This document shows, in pieces, positions 57,769 to 64,000 of a DNA stretch of 64,000 bases; position 1 is the stretch's first letter, and every line of letters begins with the position of its first letter. Under the pieces are notes generated by a model. The model was not told the DNA's origin. It worked only from the letters and a program-made list of their open reading frames with translations, and searched no databases. The stretch lies in sequence record OQ992562.1; one strand, written 5' to 3'. Made by a program: the position numbers and the translations under genes.

Positions 57769-58677
57769 ATGCTAAAGGTAAAATCATTACTCACTGGCCA
57801 TATTCTTCGAGCTACCTATGATTGGTTTCTTGAGAATAACTTCAGAGATATTCTAATTGTAGCACATACTCAATTAGTACCTGATTTATCTGAGGTAGCT
57901 CTAAAGCATGCGAAAGAAGATCACACTATCACTTTCAATATCCATCCACGCTGTGCAAAGAATTTTTATATCAGTGACGAATATATCTCTTTCAATGTAA
58001 CAGTAAATGGAGTTGGGGTCAGTATTAAACTTCCTCTTTATGCAGTATTGGGTGTAGTTACACCTATTGATGATAATTCTAACGCATTCTTTGAAATGCC
58101 ACTAGTAGATAGATATCTCAATGCAGATACTATTCGTGCAACATTAGAAGGAACTGTTAATAATGTAGTTGACAAAAACCCAGTATTAACTACCGTAGGT
58201 AATGTCACTGAGGTTAATTTTAAAAATAAAGCCGATACCACTAATGGTAAGTTAGTTGTAAGGAATACATCTGAGAATGAGCATGATCAGATGATTGAAA
58301 GCGCCATTAACAGAGTAACTGAATTTAGTAATCCAGAATTAGATGCACATATTAGAGTAGCGGTAACTGTAATTAAACAGAATGCACCAGAATTAATTAT
58401 GGATTGGTGTGAGCGGGTTATTAATTGTACACGTAATGAAAACTATCAGGATAACATCAATGTACTTATGATGGAACTCCTCAGTTACCCTATTTCAAAT
58501 GTGGTTAGTGAATCAACTGTGGACTCGGGTGATAATACATCTAATTCATTTGACAATGATGTAAATAAGATGGTTGAGGATTTCAATAATTCTTCCAATT
58601 CGCAGGTTATTATTAATAAACCTTCTCGTCCTACCGGTACACCAAAACTCACTGTTATTAAAGGTGGTAAGAAATGA
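57769..58677 (+). CDS. sspB: SspB-like ClpXP protease adaptor
   Basis: LRATYDWFLEN, ITFNI and ISFN...G....I.LP..AVLG match SspB; C-terminal RPTGTPKLTVIK resembles the ClpX-binding tail. Confidence 0.75.
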   Translation: MLKVKSLLTGHILRATYDWFLENNFRDILIVAHTQLVPDLSEVALKHAKEDHTITFNIHPRCAKNFYISDEYISFNVTVNGVGVSIKLPLYAVLGVVTPIDDNSNAFFEMPLVDRYLNADTIRATLEGTVNNVVDKNPVLTTVGNVTEVNFKNKADTTNGKLVVRNTSENEHDQMIESAINRVTEFSNPELDAHIRVAVTVIKQNAPELIMDWCERVINCTRNENYQDNINVLMMELLSYPISNVVSESTVDSGDNTSNSFDNDVNKMVEDFNNSSNSQVIINKPSRPTGTPKLTVIKGGKK

Positions 58678-58931
58678 ATGCAACTTTAGCAATTCTTTTT
58701 AGTAGTATCAGTATCGCTGGTTATCAAGCCAATGGTGCATCGCAGTCAACCGCTGAGTTCTCTGACATGGCTACTTGTTTTAGCGCGATTGAGCGCATTC
58801 AAAAACTAGCTAAAGCAAGTGCTATTCGTAATAATGTAGAGACTGTAAAAATCAGTGATGGTGTTCTATTACGTTATTTTTCTTCTAGTACTAGTAAAGT
58901 AGAACATACTCTAATCTGTGTAAATAAATAG
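58674..58931 (+). CDS. Small protein with hydrophobic N-terminus, 85 aa
   Basis: ATGA overlap. Confidence 0.75.
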   Translation: MNATLAILFSSISIAGYQANGASQSTAEFSDMATCFSAIERIQKLAKASAIRNNVETVKISDGVLLRYFSSSTSKVEHTLICVNK

Positions 58932-58939
58932 GTACGGAT

Positions 58940-59647
58940 ATGTCTGAGAAAATGTATTTATCTTTTTCTGGAATTGGACACAATGACGTAATCAAACAAG
59001 ATCTTAATGGATTCGTTCCAATGGATGTATCAACTATTGATAATGAAGTGGCTGATCGATTATTTTATACTCCATTCAATAGTTCTGAACCAGGTACCTC
59101 ATTACCTAATGTTGCTAATGTGGTATTCAAGGTATTACCTATCCATATCGAGGATAACACTATCTGTGTTTTAGATAGTTGTTCTAGTACCGAATACTCA
59201 TTGAATGACTTAGTTGATACCAGTGTCTCATCATTAGAAACATATGGTCCATTAATAGATTTACGTAGTAGTGATCCAATTGAGACATATGCTAATCAGG
59301 CAGTGTATACTTGGTTAAATAAGAATATCTGTGATATCGAATTTGAAGTACATGGCGGGCTGCAAGTGCAACTAACTGCTGACCAAGTGCGTTCCAATGT
59401 TAATGCATTTGTAGCAGGTATTGATCTTGACATCGACGATAAATTGATGGTATATGTGGTGATTAAAATCAATGATCGTTTATACGATGCTTGGTCTAGT
59501 CAACATGTGGTGGAACCATTAACAATGTATCATGTGCAAGGTGGTCATGAGCCTATTGTCTATAGTGAGACCCATATTGAAAATAGCCTATTGCGATATG
59601 CTAAAGAGAAAGGTTGGGCTGAAATTTTGACTCGTATTGGTCTGTAA
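58940..59647 (+). CDS. Hypothetical acidic protein, 235 aa
   Basis: AGGT RBS. Confidence 0.8.
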   Translation: MSEKMYLSFSGIGHNDVIKQDLNGFVPMDVSTIDNEVADRLFYTPFNSSEPGTSLPNVANVVFKVLPIHIEDNTICVLDSCSSTEYSLNDLVDTSVSSLETYGPLIDLRSSDPIETYANQAVYTWLNKNICDIEFEVHGGLQVQLTADQVRSNVNAFVAGIDLDIDDKLMVYVVIKINDRLYDAWSSQHVVEPLTMYHVQGGHEPIVYSETHIENSLLRYAKEKGWAEILTRIGL

Positions 59648-59711
59648 TAAAAATACTTCTTATAGACTAATAATATAGGTAAGATACTAGCCGATTGGTT
59701 AGTTGCGCTTA

Positions 59712-59731
59712 GGGAGTCCTTCGGGACTCCC
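59712..59731 (+). terminator. Hairpin terminator, UUCG loop
   Basis: GGGAGTCC-TTCG-GGACTCCC; weak U-tract. Confidence 0.65.
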
Positions 59732-59752
59732 GTATATCGTCTAGGAGGTTTT

Positions 59753-60046
59753 ATGTATACAGTTACACTTGAACAAGTAGGACACCGTATACCGTCTAGT
59801 TTAAGTGCTTTTGTAATTAGACCGTTTGAAAATACCATTACGCATAATGATACGTCTTATTACTTGATCATGGGTAAAGATGATTTCGATAACATGCACA
59901 TGGAATGGCGAGATGTAGCTGTAGTTGATAGTCAAGCCGTTATAGTTGCTACATACACTCCATCGAAAAACTCATTTAATCTTGTAAAAAATGAATTAGG
60001 TATTCCAGTTAATATCAAATACAAACGGATAGAGGTTGATCTATGA
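59753..60046 (+). CDS. Hypothetical protein, 97 aa
   Basis: AGGAGG RBS. Confidence 0.8.
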   Translation: MYTVTLEQVGHRIPSSLSAFVIRPFENTITHNDTSYYLIMGKDDFDNMHMEWRDVAVVDSQAVIVATYTPSKNSFNLVKNELGIPVNIKYKRIEVDL

Positions 60047-60073
60047 TTACCAGTAAGGTTAGAGGAATGAAGT

Positions 60074-60274
60074 ATGGATCGTCTTGATGAAAGAATCGCA
60101 TTCAGTGTAAAGTCGTACAAAATTTTCAATGCTCTCTCCCATGGCCGAGTTCGGGCATTGATTATTAACTTTAAAGATGGTAAGGGTACGATCGTATCTA
60201 TTAGTGATGATCGCCGCCATGATAAACATCTCTGGTTCAACTGTGGACTAGTAGACAATCCGAGGATCAAGTAA
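60074..60274 (+). CDS. Hypothetical protein, 66 aa
   Basis: GAGGA upstream; TAATG coupling to thyA. Confidence 0.7.
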   Translation: MDRLDERIAFSVKSYKIFNALSHGRVRALIINFKDGKGTIVSISDDRRHDKHLWFNCGLVDNPRIK

Positions 60275-61740
60275 TGGAACAATATCTTAATTCAATCCGT
60301 TTAGTTAAAGAACACGGTGTACATAAAGGTGACCGTACTGGTACTGGTACTCAGAGCATGTTTGGTCAACAAGAACGTTATAGTCTGCGTAATAATCGGC
60401 TACCAGTTGTAACCACCAAGAAGATTCATCTAGCTTCTGTAATTCATGAATTGTTCTGGATGCTGTCAGGTGATACTAAGGTGGATTACCTGATCGCTAA
60501 TGGTGTACGCATCTGGAACGAGTGGGTTAAACCTGAAACCGCAGTATATGAGCCGATGACCGATGAGGCCGTTCTTAAAGCAGTAACTGCCCTCATTGGT
60601 GCCCCATTCGTAATGTACTTACATTGTATGAACGATGACTCTACTCCATTCATTGAGACTGTAGCGGAATTCGAGTCGGGTATGACTCCAGAGACTATTC
60701 AGGCCTTCTGGGATGAATATCCAGTTAACCGTGAGGAAATCCAATACATCATTGGAGTTAGCGTAACGTCGTGGAATAGGCTCGCTACTGAAGGGTTCGA
60801 TGAAGCCAAAAATCCTGAAGGTATTCGTGCTGAATATAACAAGCGACTGTATCGTGCTTTGATGCATAAAGAACCAGAGCGTCTGGTCGGCGGCGATCTA
60901 GGTGCTGTTTACGGTAAGACATGGCGTAATCTTGAAGACACTCGTGTAATCCCTAAATATGAGTGGTTTGATTATGAGAAGCGTGGTTTTGACTTCGTGG
61001 CGGATATCCCAGGTACAACCATGGAAACCGATAGATGCGTGGTTACTCGACGTATCGACCAAATCCAAGACATCATCGATCAACTTCGCACCAACCCGGA
61101 TTCTCGTCGGATCATTGTTTGTGCATGGGCGCCACATCTTATTGATGAGCAGGCACTCCCACCTTGCCACGCATTTATTCAGTTCTGGACCCGTGAACTG
61201 ACCGTAGATGAACGAGTGCAAGCTCTAGACCAAACCCAGTTCGAAGCTGATGCTTATCATGATAAGATTAGTGGTGAGATTACTCGTGGTCAACCTCCAT
61301 TCGATAGTGCTGAGCAGGTTAAAGCACTTCTGCGTGTCTGTCGTGGTTATGAAAAGGCTACAGATGAAGCAGTAGTAGAATGGCTGGATCAACATGGTGC
61401 TCCGAAACGAGCCATCAGTTGTCAACTCTATCAAAGATCTTGTGATACTTTCTTAGGAAAACCCTTTAACATCACGTTCTATAGTCTGCTGACTCACATG
61501 TTAGCTAACCAAATGAATATGATTGCTGAAGAGTTTATCTGGACTGGTGGTGATGTACATATTTACTCTAACCACCAAGAACAAACTGATCTTCAATTAA
61601 CTCGTGAACCGAAGGTTCAACCTATCATCCGCTTTAAAGAAGAAGCTATTGGTAAAGATATTCGGGAAATTGGTGTAGATGATTTTGTTATCGAGAACTA
61701 TGAATATCATCCACACATTGCTGGTAAAGTTGCTGTTTAA
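60274..61740 (+). CDS. thyA: Thymidylate synthase with three large insertions
   Basis: GDRTGTGT, ELFWMLSG, IWNEW, GAVYG, DSRR, ALPPCH, YQRSCD, PFNI, GDVHIYSNH. Confidence 0.95.
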   Translation: MEQYLNSIRLVKEHGVHKGDRTGTGTQSMFGQQERYSLRNNRLPVVTTKKIHLASVIHELFWMLSGDTKVDYLIANGVRIWNEWVKPETAVYEPMTDEAVLKAVTALIGAPFVMYLHCMNDDSTPFIETVAEFESGMTPETIQAFWDEYPVNREEIQYIIGVSVTSWNRLATEGFDEAKNPEGIRAEYNKRLYRALMHKEPERLVGGDLGAVYGKTWRNLEDTRVIPKYEWFDYEKRGFDFVADIPGTTMETDRCVVTRRIDQIQDIIDQLRTNPDSRRIIVCAWAPHLIDEQALPPCHAFIQFWTRELTVDERVQALDQTQFEADAYHDKISGEITRGQPPFDSAEQVKALLRVCRGYEKATDEAVVEWLDQHGAPKRAISCQLYQRSCDTFLGKPFNITFYSLLTHMLANQMNMIAEEFIWTGGDVHIYSNHQEQTDLQLTREPKVQPIIRFKEEAIGKDIREIGVDDFVIENYEYHPHIAGKVAV

Positions 61741-61747
61741 CATAAAC

Positions 61748-61765
61748 GCCTCCCTTCGGGGAGGT
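61748..61765 (+). terminator. Intrinsic terminator, UUCG loop
   Basis: GCCTCCC-TTCG-GGGAGGT followed by TTTATTTT. Confidence 0.85.
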
Positions 61766-61793
61766 TTTATTTTCCTTTGGAGGTATACTTCTT

Positions 61794-62201
61794 ATGAACA
61801 ATATCGAACTTAAACATCAGCTTGAACTCGCCGTAGAACTGATGGGTGTAGACCCTGCTCCACTTAAAATCGGTATCGCTGGTGATCTAGTTGATACTGC
61901 AACACGATGCGGTATTTTCAATGGGAAAGATCCAGGTAGAGAATTCAGTATCGGTCTTGGAATTGTTAGCCGAAAGCAATGGCTTGAACTCACTGATGAT
62001 TCCCTGATTCTCAATAAACCAAATAAAGATCCGGTTGTCATTCCCTATGATGCTATCTACGAGTTGAACATTCCTCTGGAATATAGTGAACAAGCAGAAA
62101 AAGAAGGTTGGATGTATTACAACCTTCTCGGGGAATCGATATTCATGTATTTGGATACCGGTAAAGAAGAGAAACTTCAACTAGCTAAGGTAGAAGCCTG
62201 A
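61794..62201 (+). CDS. Hypothetical protein, 135 aa
   Basis: GGAGGT RBS. Confidence 0.8.
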   Translation: MNNIELKHQLELAVELMGVDPAPLKIGIAGDLVDTATRCGIFNGKDPGREFSIGLGIVSRKQWLELTDDSLILNKPNKDPVVIPYDAIYELNIPLEYSEQAEKEGWMYYNLLGESIFMYLDTGKEEKLQLAKVEA

Positions 62202-63022
62202 TGGATCCACGTCACCCAGTTAGCGATGAAATGCGCGCAACGGTAAACGCTGAACTTGACCGAATTGAGAGGAGGTACGGTGTAAAGATTATTTACGCTT
62301 GTGAGTCTGGTAGTCGTGGTTGGGGTTTCGCTTCTACTAATAGTGATTATGATGTTCGCTTCATTTACGTTAATCATCCTAACCATTATATTCGTGTAGA
62401 CAATGAAGGTCGCGATACTATCGAAGAGATGGTATCGAAGGAATTGGATTTGGCTGGTTGGAATATCACCAAGACGCTTCAGTTGGCTTACAAGTCTAAC
62501 CCCACTCTCCTGGAATGGCTAAACTCCCCAATCGTTTACCGTAAGGTTGATTGTGACTACAAGTTAATCCGTGACGCTGCACTAAAGCACTTCATCCCTG
62601 TATCGAGTTACATGCATTATATCTCGATGGCCAAACAAAACAAAATGCGTTGGTTGTCAGATGGGAAGGTTCGGATGAAGAAATACTTCTATTCATTGCG
62701 TCCTCTCCTTGCAGCATTGTGGGTTGAGACTAGCCATGAACATCCGCCCATGGTTTTCCATGAACTATTACCTATCCTGTCAGATCCTATCTTGTATAAA
62801 CGTATCCAAGAATTAGTTAACGCTAAGGTAGGTTCTACTGAACAGGATCTGATTGATCATTGTCCAATACTAGATCATTTCATTGATTCCCATCTGGCTA
62901 AAAAGAAACCCGACTTCGGTGAATATGAACGTCCGGATATCTACAAGCTCAGTGAACTTGCTTGGCGTATCGTTGAACAGTATAAGTTCGACACATTTGC
63001 GCGACCACAGGACACCAGATGA
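62201..63022 (+). CDS. Nucleotidyltransferase (YcgL/RlaP-like, Pol-beta superfamily)
   Basis: ESGSRGWGFAS..SDYDVRFIY, NP.LLEW and KKYFY.LRP. Confidence 0.85.
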   Translation: MDPRHPVSDEMRATVNAELDRIERRYGVKIIYACESGSRGWGFASTNSDYDVRFIYVNHPNHYIRVDNEGRDTIEEMVSKELDLAGWNITKTLQLAYKSNPTLLEWLNSPIVYRKVDCDYKLIRDAALKHFIPVSSYMHYISMAKQNKMRWLSDGKVRMKKYFYSLRPLLAALWVETSHEHPPMVFHELLPILSDPILYKRIQELVNAKVGSTEQDLIDHCPILDHFIDSHLAKKKPDFGEYERPDIYKLSELAWRIVEQYKFDTFARPQDTR

Positions 63023-63082
63023 AGAAAATATTAGTCAATAAAGAAAAAAGTCTAATACCATCTTATTAAAAGGAAATATACC

Positions 63083-63577
63083 ATGTTATTTAAAAAAGAA
63101 GTATGTATTGAGAATATTCTAGTACTAGAAAAACTATACATAGTTACTAATCGTAAGAATAATATCTATCCTAATCCAGAGGTAACTTATAAAGATATTA
63201 AGAATTTTACCAAAACCTATGGTAAAATTCCAATGGACTTCTTAGGTCCATTATTACATGAGATTGTTGAACGGGAAGATTATATTCTAAAAGAAAAAGA
63301 AGCTCAAGAATACATTGATAAAATGCCTATTATTGTAGAACACGATAATAGCCGTATTGTTAATGAATACACTATTTTGAATTATATTATTCCAGTTACT
63401 ACTCATCCTAATCTTAATAATCGACCATATACCATCAATCTTTATAAGTATGTCGACTGCCTAGAAAATACTACCAAAGCATTAAAACATTTTAGATGGA
63501 CGAATAATAAAGATTATAATTTCTTAAAGACGGTGCATGCCCGTTTACTAGATATTCATGATATCATGGAAAGTTAA
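63083..63577 (+). CDS. Hypothetical protein, 164 aa
   Basis: AAGGA RBS. Confidence 0.75.
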   Translation: MLFKKEVCIENILVLEKLYIVTNRKNNIYPNPEVTYKDIKNFTKTYGKIPMDFLGPLLHEIVEREDYILKEKEAQEYIDKMPIIVEHDNSRIVNEYTILNYIIPVTTHPNLNNRPYTINLYKYVDCLENTTKALKHFRWTNNKDYNFLKTVHARLLDIHDIMES

Positions 63578-63621
63578 TATGTTAAAAACATATTCATCTA
63601 ATATACTCCATTACATACGTT

Positions 63622-63646
63622 ACCCTACTCCATATCGGGGTAGGGG
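63622..63646 (+). terminator. Hairpin, possible terminator
   Basis: ACCCTACTCC-N5-GGGGTAGGGG with G-U pairs. Confidence 0.55.
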
Positions 63647-63666
63647 TGTTAATGTGGAGTATAAAA

Positions 63667-63960
63667 ATGTCAAGCAACAAACTAGCTGCACAACTCAATC
63701 ATCATCACAATACTCGTATAGTTAATTATTATGTCTCACTAGCCGAAAGTCGTTATGGAGACACCAATCCTTCAGCAAAAGCTAAAGGTAAATGGCGCAA
63801 ACATAATCCATTTAATTGTGGTAGGTCTCGTTGTATGCTATGTGGTAATCCCCGTAAGCGTTGGAATAGACTTACTCTTAATGAGATTAAAATTAATATT
63901 TCATTAAAAGAACAATTAACTGAAATTAGTAGAGACATTGCTGAGCTAAATGAGGATTGA
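63667..63960 (+). CDS. Small basic protein with Cys motif (~97 aa)
   Basis: GGAG RBS; CGRSRCMLCGNPRK. Confidence 0.75.
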   Translation: MSSNKLAAQLNHHHNTRIVNYYVSLAESRYGDTNPSAKAKGKWRKHNPFNCGRSRCMLCGNPRKRWNRLTLNEIKINISLKEQLTEISRDIAELNED

Positions 63961-64000
63961 ACAATGCATGAAGAATACGAAGCAATTTAATAGTTTAGAT

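Noticed and set aside
60274-61740. thyA as a base-modifying hydroxymethylase or intein-containing gene
   Set aside because: PFNI retains the dUMP-specifying Asn, and the insertions lack intein C/S start and HN end motifs

Overview
AT-rich window of a phiKZ-like jumbo phage (Phikzvirus/Chimalliviridae-type gene order). The phage assignment and the phiKZ gp equivalents come from recalled synteny and sizes, not from a database search. Left to right: C-terminus of an SbcC-like ATPase; a short early operon; a head/virion module (prohead protease, structural genes); virion RNA polymerase beta and beta' genes; a ~2240-aa tail protein with a lytic transglycosylase; a Tad1-like nucleotide-signal sponge with an N-terminal extension; long plus-strand accessory operons; a minus-strand virion cluster with an SF2 helicase; and dTTP-pathway genes (tmk, dcd, thyA). 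The beta' gene is split inside its catalytic ADFDGD motif by a 1443-nt group I intron carrying an HNH endonuclease; its 61-codon second exon is absent from the ORF track. Regulatory elements are TATATTAC early promoters and a family of near-identical GC-rich hairpins. The best leads are the Tad1-like protein with a possible capsid-targeting propeptide, a ~150-nt GC-rich structured RNA candidate at 41633-41776, an H-type pseudoknot at 33891-33946, an SspB-like ClpXP adaptor and several small ORFs missed by the track. No tRNA, rRNA or CRISPR array was seen.
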